A stretch of 64,000 bases of DNA, from contig OY781089.1 of assembly GCA_963676565.1 (NCBI GenBank), positions 928,001-992,000 on the forward strand, read 5' to 3'. Both the position numbers and the translations under genes were made by a program. The notes under the pieces are model-generated. The model searched no databases. It saw only the letters and a list, made by a program, of their open reading frames with translations, and was not told the DNA's origin. Source of the DNA: Halarcobacter sp. (GTDB lineage Bacteria > Campylobacterota > Campylobacteria > Campylobacterales > Arcobacteraceae). Below are positions 39,026 to 48,267 of this stretch, piece after piece (positions within the stretch are counted from its first letter, which is position 1; the number at the start of each line of letters is the position of its first letter).

Positions 39026-39862
39026 TTAAGCAGCTTTTTTTGAAGTATGGATATTTAAATCTCTTTTAGGACTTTGTTTATGGTGTGTATAATAAATCAT
39101 TAATCCAACAAAGAATAGACCACCAACTAAATTACCTAATGCAACAGGAAGTTCATTCCATAATAAGTAATCAATAACAGTAAAGTCTCCACCCATAATT
39201 AAAGAGAATGGGAATAAAAACATATTAACAATTGAGTGCTCAAATCCCATAAAGAAGAAAAGCATTACTGGCATCCACATTGCTAACCATTTACCTGAAA
39301 CTGAAGTTGAAATCATAGCTCCAACAACACCCATAGATACCATCCAGTTACATAACATACCTCTAATAAATACAGTTAACCAACCGTCCATTCCATATGC
39401 CGAATAACCTAAAGTTCTAGCTTCACCAATTTTTGCAACTTTTGTAGCAATTGCTCCACCATCAGTATTGAAACCCATTGTAAAGATAAAAGCCATCATA
39501 CAAGCAACAGTAAAGGCTCCACCAAAGTTACCTAATGCAACTAATCCCCAGTTTCTTAACATCTGTCCAACTGTTACACCTGGTCTTTTGTCAATAAGTG
39601 CTAAAGGTACTAAAGTAAATACACCCGTTAAAAGGTCAAATTTCATGAAATATAACATGATGAAACCAACAGGGAATAAACAAGCTCCTAAGATTGGAGA
39701 ACCTGATTTCATTGCAACAGTAACCGCAAAAACTGCAGCTAAAGCTAAAATAGCACCAGCCATATAAGCTCTAATAAGAGTATCCTTAGTTGACATGAAG
39801 ACTTTTTCTTCACCAGCATCTACCATTTTGGTAGCAAACTCAGATGGGTTAATATACGACAT
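39026..39862 (-). CDS. Formate/nitrite transporter family channel (nitrite/cyanate)
   Basis: AYMAGAILAL, FPVG, DLLTG, LGNFGG, LCNWMV, FEHSIVN, GNLVGG. Confidence 0.93.
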   Translation of the reverse strand: MSYINPSEFATKMVDAGEEKVFMSTKDTLIRAYMAGAILALAAVFAVTVAMKSGSPILGACLFPVGFIMLYFMKFDLLTGVFTLVPLALIDKRPGVTVGQMLRNWGLVALGNFGGAFTVACMMAFIFTMGFNTDGGAIATKVAKIGEARTLGYSAYGMDGWLTVFIRGMLCNWMVSMGVVGAMISTSVSGKWLAMWMPVMLFFFMGFEHSIVNMFLFPFSLIMGGDFTVIDYLLWNELPVALGNLVGGLFFVGLMIYYTHHKQSPKRDLNIHTSKKAA

Positions 39863-39947
39863 CCAAACTCCTTTTTTTATGTTTAATTTTAAGATGTGGT
39901 ATTAAATCAAAAGAAGTGAGGAAAAAAATAGGATTTTAAAATTTTTG

Positions 39948-39999
39948 TGTATAAATTATATACATATCTAGAAAAAATCAATTGTATAGAATAGATACA
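39948..39999. promoter_or_regulatory. Two candidate nitrogen-regulon operators in the divergent FNT/kinase intergenic region
   Basis: TGTAT-AAATTAT-ATACA (39948-39964) and TGTAT-AGAATAG-ATACA (39983-39999). Confidence 0.55.
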
Positions 40000-40002
40000 A
40001 TT

Positions 40003-41565
40003 ATGAAAAACAAAGGAAGAAAAATAAGAAAGTCAATTGTATATTTGTTTGTATTTTTTATACTCTCTTTATTTTTATTAATTGGAAGTACAATAAAAGA
40101 TTCATATAAAGTTCAAGAAGATTTATTAGTAGAGAGTCTACGAAGTAAAGCAGAGGCTATATTTAATTTAATAGTTGATATGAGACATTGGAATGCTCAG
40201 TTTAATGGAGTATATGTAAAAACAGAAGAGCTAGAGCCAAATCCATATTTAAAACCAAACTTTATCAAATCAGAAAAAGGTGAAACCATGGTTTGGGTAA
40301 ATCCTGCTTTTATGACAAGAATGATTTCAGATATTGCAAGTACAAGGGAAGGTTTTACTCTTAAAATCACTAGTAATAAGCTTATAAATAAACATAATGC
40401 ACCAGATGAATATGAAAAATCTATATTAGATAAATTTGATGAAAATCCTGAAATACCATATTATTGGAATATAAAAGGTGATACTTTTAGATTTGTAGGT
40501 GCCTTAAAAACAGAACCAGACTGCTTAAACTGTCACTCTTTTCAAGGCTATAAAGTAGGAGATGTAAGGGGTGGTATTAGTGTTACCTTTGATGCAAAAA
40601 AAGAGTTTGCACAACTTGAAGAGATAAATGAAGATAAAGAACAAACAATAATGTTTCTTGTAATAGCCGCTATTGGTTCAATTATTACTTTAATACTATA
40701 TCAAACAATGCAAAGAAGAGATGAAAGAAAAATCTCAAATCTAAATGAATCACTAGAAATAAAAGTAAAAGAGTTAGATGAGTTTAATAAAACACTTCAT
40801 AATAAAGTAAAAGTTGAAGTTGATAAACAAAGGGAAAAAGAAAACTTACTAATCCAACAATCAAAAATGGCAGCAATGGGTGAAATGATTGGAAATATTG
40901 CCCACCAATGGAGACAACCAATTAGTGCTGTTAGTGCTATTATGATGAATATTAAATGGACTGCAATAGAGCAAGGAGCTGATAGAAATTTCCTTGATGA
41001 GAGAATGAAAGAGGCTAATGAACAACTTAAATATATGAGTCAGACAATAGATGATTTTAGGACATTTTTTAAACCAAATAGAGAAAAAGAGTGTTTTAAT
41101 TTAAAAGATGAGGTACAAAAAGCATACAAAATACTTCAAGCATCTTTAGAAAATCAGAATATAAATTTACAAATTTATTGTAAAAAGGTGATTACAGTTT
41201 ATGGATATTCAAATGAGTTTTCACAAGTTGTCTTAAATCTTATCTCTAACGCAAAAGATGTATTAATAGAAAGGGAAATAATAAATCCTAAAATTGAAAT
41301 ATATTTAGATGAAGATGAGGAAAATATCTATTGTGAAGTTAAAGATAATGGGGGAGGAATAGATCAAAAGATTATTGATAAAATTTTTGAACCATACTTT
41401 ACAACAAAAGAAGGACATGGAACGGGGATTGGTTTATACATCTCAAAAGAGATTATTCATAAACATATGAAAGGCTTACTAATCGCACAAAATATAGAAA
41501 ATGGCGCAAACTTTAAGATATCAGTTCCTAAAACAAAGGATATGTGTAATGCAAATATTGAGTAG
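40003..41565 (+). CDS. Sensor histidine kinase with periplasmic haem-c (DUF3365/Tll0287-like) domain
   Basis: RHWNA..GVYV, PNPYL, NPAFMTR, NAPDEYE, CLNCH, GDVRGGISV; H-box IAHQWRQP. Confidence 0.9.
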   Translation: MKNKGRKIRKSIVYLFVFFILSLFLLIGSTIKDSYKVQEDLLVESLRSKAEAIFNLIVDMRHWNAQFNGVYVKTEELEPNPYLKPNFIKSEKGETMVWVNPAFMTRMISDIASTREGFTLKITSNKLINKHNAPDEYEKSILDKFDENPEIPYYWNIKGDTFRFVGALKTEPDCLNCHSFQGYKVGDVRGGISVTFDAKKEFAQLEEINEDKEQTIMFLVIAAIGSIITLILYQTMQRRDERKISNLNESLEIKVKELDEFNKTLHNKVKVEVDKQREKENLLIQQSKMAAMGEMIGNIAHQWRQPISAVSAIMMNIKWTAIEQGADRNFLDERMKEANEQLKYMSQTIDDFRTFFKPNREKECFNLKDEVQKAYKILQASLENQNINLQIYCKKVITVYGYSNEFSQVVLNLISNAKDVLIEREIINPKIEIYLDEDEENIYCEVKDNGGGIDQKIIDKIFEPYFTTKEGHGTGIGLYISKEIIHKHMKGLLIAQNIENGANFKISVPKTKDMCNANIE

Positions 41566-42229
41566 ATTAAAAGAGAAAACAATACTTTTGGTAGAAGATG
41601 AGGATGTTATTAGAAATAATATTGCATCGATGTTGAAGCATTTTTTTAAAGAAGTTTATACAGCAAGTGATGGTTATGAGGGTGTCGATAAATATGAAGA
41701 TTATCTTCCCAATATAGTTATGACTGATTTAAAAATGCCTATTATGGGTGGTTTTGAATTAATTGAAGAGTTAAAAAAACGTTCAAGTAAAGCCTATACA
41801 ATAATAGTATCAGCTCATACAGATACAGAACTTTTAATAGAAGCAATTAATAATGGAGTTGATAGATATATAATCAAACCTGTAACAGAAGATGAACTAT
41901 TTGAAGCTTTTGAAGCTTATTTTAAAAAGCTTGATGAAACAACACCTAAAGTAGTTGAGCTAAATGAAAGTACAAAAATAGACCTTGATAAACACCTAGC
42001 AATAGTTGATGGTGTTGAGGTAAAACTAAATAAAAAAGAAAATCAACTTCTAACACTTCTTTGTGTGGATATGAATAAAGCAGTTTCATATGAAGAGATA
42101 GAATATCAAATCTGGGGAAGTGATTCTATGAGTTTATCTGCTATTAGAAGTGTGGTTAGAGACTTACGAAAAAAAATAGGTAGTGAATTTGTTGTAAATG
42201 TTTCAGGGATTGGGTATAGGTTGAAATAA
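41549..42229 (+). CDS. OmpR-family response regulator
   Basis: VEDE, TDLKMP, KP, GIGYRL; ATG 41549 after AAGGA. Confidence 0.92.
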   Translation: MQILSRLKEKTILLVEDEDVIRNNIASMLKHFFKEVYTASDGYEGVDKYEDYLPNIVMTDLKMPIMGGFELIEELKKRSSKAYTIIVSAHTDTELLIEAINNGVDRYIIKPVTEDELFEAFEAYFKKLDETTPKVVELNESTKIDLDKHLAIVDGVEVKLNKKENQLLTLLCVDMNKAVSYEEIEYQIWGSDSMSLSAIRSVVRDLRKKIGSEFVVNVSGIGYRLK

Positions 42230-42343
42230 TCAAACTAATTAAACGGACGTTTCCCCACATCAAATATTAACTATAAAACACCACCTTTTTTCTGTGCAAT
42301 ATCGGTAAAAATAAATGGGTTTTTGTAGTTATAGTATATCTAC

Positions 42344-42377
42344 TAGAACTTGGAATCTTGTAGAACTTGGAATCTTG
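42344..42377. repeat. Perfect 17-bp tandem duplication
   Basis: TAGAACTTGGAATCTTG x2. Confidence 0.9.
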
Positions 42378-42612
42378 AAAGTTCCAAATATTACAGGTTG
42401 TTGAACACTCGTTATTTTCAACTTCCTATCACGTTATAGCTCAACATTTGATATTTCTATGATCTTTTTATTACTATCTCTTATTATTATGATACACTGA
42501 ATGTAATCTCAAATACTCAATCTGTATTTGACTTCGTTTTTATAATCCGTTAAAAACTCTATAACTACATCTAAAGCTTAGATCTATAACCGATAAAGAG
42601 AGAACTGACGCA

Positions 42613-43467
42613 ATGAAAACAATTTTCAGTATACTTGAAAAACGTACTCCAAAAACCATTACAAAACTTTCATTTGTTTTGATATTGATTCTGGGTGTTA
42701 TGCAATTTTTATTTAGGGAAACCGTCACAATCGCACCGCTTTATATTTTTCCAATCCTTTTCAGTAGCTGGTACGGCTCCAAGATAACCGGTATATTATC
42801 GGCTTTTTTGTCCACACTGGTCTTCGTCGTTATTGAAACGACCTATAACCGTGTACTTCCTACTTTTAACGAGCTGCTGCTTTTAAGTGCTCCCTATCTC
42901 ACAGCCTACGTGCTGTTGGCCATTTTGATCATCAATTTCCGGGATGTGCACCGCATAGAAGTGTATGCAGCTGATACCGACAATTTAACAGGGCTTCACA
43001 GTGCTAGAAGTTTCTATGTGGAACTTGCCAATGAACTACTGCGTTCAAAACGTTACGATCACGTATTTTCATTAGCCTATCTAGATGTAGATAATTTTAA
43101 GAGCATCAATGATTCACTCGGTCATAGAGAAGGAGACAAACTTTTGAAAGAGGTGGCTAATTGTCTGGTCTCATCGCTTAGGGGTACTGATGTCATTGCG
43201 AGACTCGACGGTGACGAATATGCTTGTCTGTTACCAGAAACAAATCAGGAAAAGGCGAAATTGGCGTTTTTAAAAACCGTCGATCTGCTGAATAAGAGAA
43301 TGGCAAAAAACAGATGGGATGTAAGCTTCAGCATCGGCGTCATGGCATTTGAAAATATTCCGGAAGATATTAAAGAAGCGATCGATCTTGCCGATAAATT
43401 GATGTATTCGGTAAAGAACGACAATAAAGACAATATTGCCTATCAGGTATATCAAGTAAAAGGCTGA
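42613..43467 (+). CDS. Membrane GGDEF-domain protein with altered active site (DGDEY)
   Basis: N-terminal TMs; DNLTGL, DVDNFKSIND..GH..GD, ARLDGDEY; GC-richer codons. Confidence 0.85.
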   Translation: MKTIFSILEKRTPKTITKLSFVLILILGVMQFLFRETVTIAPLYIFPILFSSWYGSKITGILSAFLSTLVFVVIETTYNRVLPTFNELLLLSAPYLTAYVLLAILIINFRDVHRIEVYAADTDNLTGLHSARSFYVELANELLRSKRYDHVFSLAYLDVDNFKSINDSLGHREGDKLLKEVANCLVSSLRGTDVIARLDGDEYACLLPETNQEKAKLAFLKTVDLLNKRMAKNRWDVSFSIGVMAFENIPEDIKEAIDLADKLMYSVKNDNKDNIAYQVYQVKG

Positions 43468-43495
43468 AAAACAGCCAAAAAGACAAGGAGTCTTT

Positions 43496-43951
43496 ATGAT
43501 TAACTCAAAACATATCAGTGAAACAATAAGCGGGATTGTATATGGTCTTATTAGTCTATCGCTCGGACTTATCAGCCTCACGATGATAGGCACTGCCCTT
43601 TATGAAATATGGACTTCACTACACGAGAAGATACTGCTGGCTAAAGCCCTGCTAGACGCCGTTGGATTTATTGTGATCGGAGCGGCTGTATTTGACGTCT
43701 CGAAGTTTCTGCTAGAAGAGGAAGTACTTAAAATCCATGGTGAGGAAACAAATTTGAAACAGAGAACCACGTTAATCAAATTTCTCATCATAATTACCAT
43801 TGCCGTTTCACTGGAAGCTTTGGTATTCGTTTTTACCGCAGCAAAACAAGATATTAGTCTGTTGGTCTACCCAACCTTTTTACTTCTAACCGCTGTTATG
43901 CTGGTAATCGGCTTGGGGGGCTACCAGAAAATGACCCGCGAGGAAAAGTGA
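43496..43951 (+). CDS. Hypothetical four-TM membrane protein (PsiE-like)
   Basis: AVFDVSKFLLEEEV, LEALV motifs; ACAAGGAG RBS. Confidence 0.65.
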   Translation: MINSKHISETISGIVYGLISLSLGLISLTMIGTALYEIWTSLHEKILLAKALLDAVGFIVIGAAVFDVSKFLLEEEVLKIHGEETNLKQRTTLIKFLIIITIAVSLEALVFVFTAAKQDISLLVYPTFLLLTAVMLVIGLGGYQKMTREEK

Positions 43952-44353
43952 GTATAACCATTAAACCATTATTGTTACCAAGGATTCTATTAAAACTTTA
44001 AAGTATAAGAATCATTCAGATAAAAAAAGACAGTACCCTTGTTACATAACAAATCAAAGGAGATCAATCATTTTAAACGTTATACGCACACCTGTATCTC
44101 TATCCAATAACCTCTTACTTTTTGAGAAGTTCTGAAAACAATAAGCTTTTCCCAAATAGACTTGAAATTTGGAACATGCTCCAAAAAGAACAGAGACTGT
44201 GAAAGAAGTAACTCCATATTTACTAAAAAGACCCGAGTTTAAAAATAAAATATTTCTAATTTATATACACTAGCTTAGTACAAAGATTTTAATAAATCTG
44301 TTATATCTTATAGTTTAGTTTGAATATATTGATTAAAACAGATATACTTTAAT

Positions 44354-45235
44354 ATGAAACATAAAATTGAAGACAAATTATTTTCTGTTATTAATGCTAT
44401 TCCAAATCCAGTAATTGTCATAAGCTGTGATAAATTACAGAGTGTAAATAGTTCTTTTTTAGAATTTTTTGGAGTTAAGTCCATAAAAGAATTTAATAAA
44501 ACTCATGACTGTATATCTAAACTTTTTGTACAAAATAATAGTTTTTTCACACTTACTGATGAAATAGAGGAACAATACTGGACTGATTACCTATTTATGC
44601 ATCCAGAAGTCAAACGAATTGTATCTATTCTGAATTTAGATAATCAAATGATTGATTTTGAACTAACCATTAAAAAAATAGAAAATAAGTCAGAATATAT
44701 TATTGTATTTAATGATATTACTTTATTTATTGCCCAAAAAAATGAGTATAAATATTTTGCATATCATGACCATCTCACAAAGATATATAATAGACAAATA
44801 TTTGATGAGCTATTTTTAAAAGAGATTGAGAATAAAAAAAGATACAAAGATCATTTGTCTATTCTTTTATTAGATATAGATCACTTTAAAAAAGTCAATG
44901 ATAATTATGGACATCATATTGGAGATTTAACACTGATTGCATTAACTAAGCTTATTAGTAAATATCTTCGTATTAATGACATTTTTGCTAGATGGGGTGG
45001 AGAAGAATTTATCATACTATTACCTAGAACACGAATTGATGCTGCATATACTAAAGCTCAGGAAATACGTGAATTAATTGAATCCCATGTTGATAAAGAA
45101 CTCCCTCAAGTTACAATGAGTATTGGTGTAACTGAAGTTAATGAATCTGATACTACAAAGACATGTTTACAACGTGTAGATAAAGCTTTATATCTTGCAA
45201 AAGAAAAACGTAATGATGTTGTAAAGGTAATTTAG
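44354..45235 (+). CDS. Diguanylate cyclase with PAS-like N-terminus
   Basis: DHLTKIYNR, DIDHFKKVND.YGH, RWGGEEF, RxxD (RIND). Confidence 0.9.
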   Translation: MKHKIEDKLFSVINAIPNPVIVISCDKLQSVNSSFLEFFGVKSIKEFNKTHDCISKLFVQNNSFFTLTDEIEEQYWTDYLFMHPEVKRIVSILNLDNQMIDFELTIKKIENKSEYIIVFNDITLFIAQKNEYKYFAYHDHLTKIYNRQIFDELFLKEIENKKRYKDHLSILLLDIDHFKKVNDNYGHHIGDLTLIALTKLISKYLRINDIFARWGGEEFIILLPRTRIDAAYTKAQEIRELIESHVDKELPQVTMSIGVTEVNESDTTKTCLQRVDKALYLAKEKRNDVVKVI

Positions 45236-45388
45236 TTTTCTATAAAGATGAAAATATATAGACACTCTTTATGATTTATCGATTTAAAAAAGAGACTTTA
45301 AAAGAGAAAGGGCTTAAAAATATATTGATTGAGAAGCAATTTACTAGTAATGTTTTTTTTTGAGTTAGTTCAAGAAAGGTTATAAATT

Positions 45389-46714
45389 ATGCAATCAAAT
45401 CACTCTACATTTAATAGAAAACGTATGTTTATTACACTAAGAAAATTTATTAGTGCTAAATCATTTGGTGGGATGATACTTTTTTTATCTGCAATTATCG
45501 CAATGGTACTGGCAAATAGTACTTATTCTGAATTTTATTTTGATATTTTAAATGCTCCATTTGTTACTGGGGTTTCGTTTTTTCTCCTTAATATGGATTT
45601 GAAAACTTGGGTAAATGATGGACTTATGACAATCTTTTTCTTATTGGCTGGTCTTGAGATAAAACGTGAAGTTTTAATAGGTGAGCTTTCATCCTTTAGA
45701 CTTGCAGCCTTTCCTATAATTGGAGCAATAGGTGGAATAATTGTGCCTGCTTTGATATATATAGTATTTAATTTAAATGAAAATATGCAAGGTTTTGGAA
45801 TTCCTATGGCTACAGATATTGCCTTTACATTAGCTATATTGATGTTATTTGGAAATAGAATACCAATAGCTTTAAAACTATTCTTAATCACTTTAGCTGT
45901 AACTGATGATATTGGTGCAGTACTTGTTATAGCTCTTTTTTATACACAATCAATAAATATCTTAGGTCTTATATTGGCTATTTTTACAATTTTAGTACTG
46001 ATCTTGTTAAATAAAAAAGATGTGAAATCCCTTTTGCCATATTTGCTTTTAGGTTTTATACTTTGGATTTTTTTCCATTTATCAGGGATACATACTTCAA
46101 TTTCAGGAATTATATTGGCTTTTACAATTCCTATTACAGCATCAATAAGGACAAAAGACTTTGTGAGAAGAATGAAGTTTAGATTAAATTATTTTGAGAA
46201 ACTTGAAGAGTCTAAGCATGAAAAAATATTATCACATAAACAAATAGGGGTCTTAGATGTGATAGGGAATACTTATGATTCAGTGCAATCTCCCCTGATT
46301 CGATTAGAACATAATATAATACCTATTAGTACATTCATTATTATGCCTATTTTTGCTTTTTTTAATGCTGGTGTTAGCTTATCTAGTATATCAATTTCAC
46401 TTTTTCATCCAATAAGTTTAGGGATTGTTTTAGGTTTAGTAGTTGGTAAACCTTTGGGGATCTTTTTGGCTGTTTATATGGCTGATTATTTTAAAATAGC
46501 TAAGAAACCAGATATTTTACGTTGGGTAGATATTTTTGGTGTTAGTCTACTAGGGGGTGTTGGTTTTACAATGTCAATATTTATAAGTGGTGTGGCATTT
46601 GAAAATCAAGAGTTTGTTGATCTTGCTAAACTATCTGTAATAATTGGTTCAATTTTAAGCGCATTATTTGCAGTTTTCTGGTTATTTTTTTATAGAAATA
46701 AAAATCTAATTTGA
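45389..46714 (+). CDS. nhaA: Na+/H+ antiporter NhaA
   Basis: WVNDGLM, GLEIKRE, PMATDIAF, LAVTDD, GKPLG, GVGFTMSIFI. Confidence 0.95.
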   Translation: MQSNHSTFNRKRMFITLRKFISAKSFGGMILFLSAIIAMVLANSTYSEFYFDILNAPFVTGVSFFLLNMDLKTWVNDGLMTIFFLLAGLEIKREVLIGELSSFRLAAFPIIGAIGGIIVPALIYIVFNLNENMQGFGIPMATDIAFTLAILMLFGNRIPIALKLFLITLAVTDDIGAVLVIALFYTQSINILGLILAIFTILVLILLNKKDVKSLLPYLLLGFILWIFFHLSGIHTSISGIILAFTIPITASIRTKDFVRRMKFRLNYFEKLEESKHEKILSHKQIGVLDVIGNTYDSVQSPLIRLEHNIIPISTFIIMPIFAFFNAGVSLSSISISLFHPISLGIVLGLVVGKPLGIFLAVYMADYFKIAKKPDILRWVDIFGVSLLGGVGFTMSIFISGVAFENQEFVDLAKLSVIIGSILSALFAVFWLFFYRNKNLI

Positions 46715-46929
46715 GTGATTTGTATAAAGAATCTATTTTTTAATAGAATACTCTTTAGATACATTAAGTAAAAATACAATTTATATGATATAGTTATAAA
46801 GTCCTATTTAAAGCGACTTATAGTTACTAGCAGGCTTCACATTAAAAAGAGATAGCATATCACCCGATCATTTAAAATAAAACTTCTAACGCTTCCTCAC
46901 AAATTACGAATACTTTTATAATTCATTTT

Positions 46930-47178
46930 AAACATGCACAACCTCTTATATTTGGAGCACAAAATATTAAAATTAATTTTCCGTGTTCCACAAAGTGTTC
47001 AAAAAATGAAAAATACAAATTCTCACATATCTTTAAAAGATTTGGAGCATAGAATGTAGACCTTTATTGTAATATTTTAGACTAAAACACACAAGAAGAA
47101 ATAAAAGCACTAAATATCAAAGAAGAGCAAGAGTATTCATTGGAAAGATTTATTAGTGAGGTAAAAGTTATAAACTAA
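46930..47178 (+). pseudogene. Probable decayed small gene with two in-frame stops
   Basis: ...FGAQNIKINFPCSTKCSKNEKYKFSHIFKRFGA*NVDLYCNILD*NTQEEIKALNIKEEQEYSLERFISEVKVIN*. Confidence 0.4.
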
Positions 47179-47417
47179 CAAGAAGTTTGTGGCTTTTTAC
47201 CATTTACTTTTATAATTTTATCAAGTCTTATTTCTATTCCATTATCAAGTATCATAAACTCTTCTTTATTTAAAGTTCTAAAATCAACTATAAAATCTTC
47301 AAGTTCATTTTGAGTATGTCCATTTTGATATAAAATCTTTGTTTTTACTTTTTTTACTGCTAAGGCTTCCAATTCATCATAAAAATAGCAACTTATAGGT
47401 TTATATTTTTCATCCAT
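47175..47417 (-). CDS. rof: Rof/YaeO-like Rho-binding antiterminator
   Basis: YKPISC..YDELE, KEEF, IRLDKI; AAGGA RBS. Confidence 0.75.
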   Translation of the reverse strand: MDEKYKPISCYFYDELEALAVKKVKTKILYQNGHTQNELEDFIVDFRTLNKEEFMILDNGIEIRLDKIIKVNGKKPQTSC

Positions 47418-47568
47418 ATTTTAATCCTTTAAAAAGAAGATTATACCACGTATAATCATTTAATAGGTTACAAAAAATAATCATTACTAAAAGATTGAAA
47501 CTAACTAACTTTTTGAAGAGAATTACTACAAAAATTATGTTATTTTAAAAGAAAACAAAGGATAAATT

Positions 47569-48249
47569 ATGGCATGGGTTATTGGTGATGTTCATGGTTG
47601 CATCAAGACTTTAAAAGCCTTATTAAATAAAATACCAAAAGATGAAAAAATCATATTTGCAGGTGACTTGATGGACAGAGGTCCAAACTCAAGGGAAGTT
47701 ATCCAATTAATAAAAGAAAACAATTACGATTGTGTAAGAGGAAACCATGAAGTAGCTATGTGTGATGTTATTTTAGATTTACTTGCGGATAACTCCTTAG
47801 TGAAAACTTCATATTGGGTGAACACTTGGGGAGGATTAGAAACACTTAAAAGTTATAATAATGCAAGAAAAGAAGAAGTGATATCAGATGTAGAGTGGCT
47901 TGAAAGCTTACCTTACTATATAGAGTATAAAGATATCAAAAATGAAGACGGAAGATATTTGGTAGTTAGTCATTCAAGTATAGGTGATGTTTGGGAGATG
48001 AGAAATTTAGATAAAGATAGTTTTGAGTATCAAGATTTTATTGCTCAAGTTACAAATAATAGAATCAATCACCCAAAAGATATAAAAGAGATTTATAATA
48101 TCCATGGGCATACACCACATAAAGAGGCATTGATAACAGATTATTATGCTGATGCAGATACAGGAGCTTGTTATGAAAAGTTGGGTGTCTTAACTGCTAT
48201 TGAGTTTCCAAGTTTAAAAACAATTAGCCAAGAAAATATTGATAACTAA
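47569..48249 (+). CDS. Metallophosphoesterase (PrpA/ApaH-like Ser/Thr phosphatase)
   Basis: GDVHG, GDLMDRGP, RGNHE, HGHTP, DTGA. Confidence 0.92.
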   Translation: MAWVIGDVHGCIKTLKALLNKIPKDEKIIFAGDLMDRGPNSREVIQLIKENNYDCVRGNHEVAMCDVILDLLADNSLVKTSYWVNTWGGLETLKSYNNARKEEVISDVEWLESLPYYIEYKDIKNEDGRYLVVSHSSIGDVWEMRNLDKDSFEYQDFIAQVTNNRINHPKDIKEIYNIHGHTPHKEALITDYYADADTGACYEKLGVLTAIEFPSLKTISQENIDN

Positions 48250-48267
48250 AAATGTGAAAGTAGAAAA

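Noticed and set aside
42344..42377. CRISPR-like repeat
   Set aside because: Only two 17-bp units, no spacer, no cas genes
44090..44280. Open antisense frame and near-palindrome TTTGGAACATGCTCCAAA
   Set aside because: No start or RBS and no recognisable protein; cannot be supported without a database search
45236..45388. nhaA-associated (Li+/Na+) riboswitch upstream of nhaA
   Set aside because: No convincing stem or consensus visible; region is mostly A/T runs
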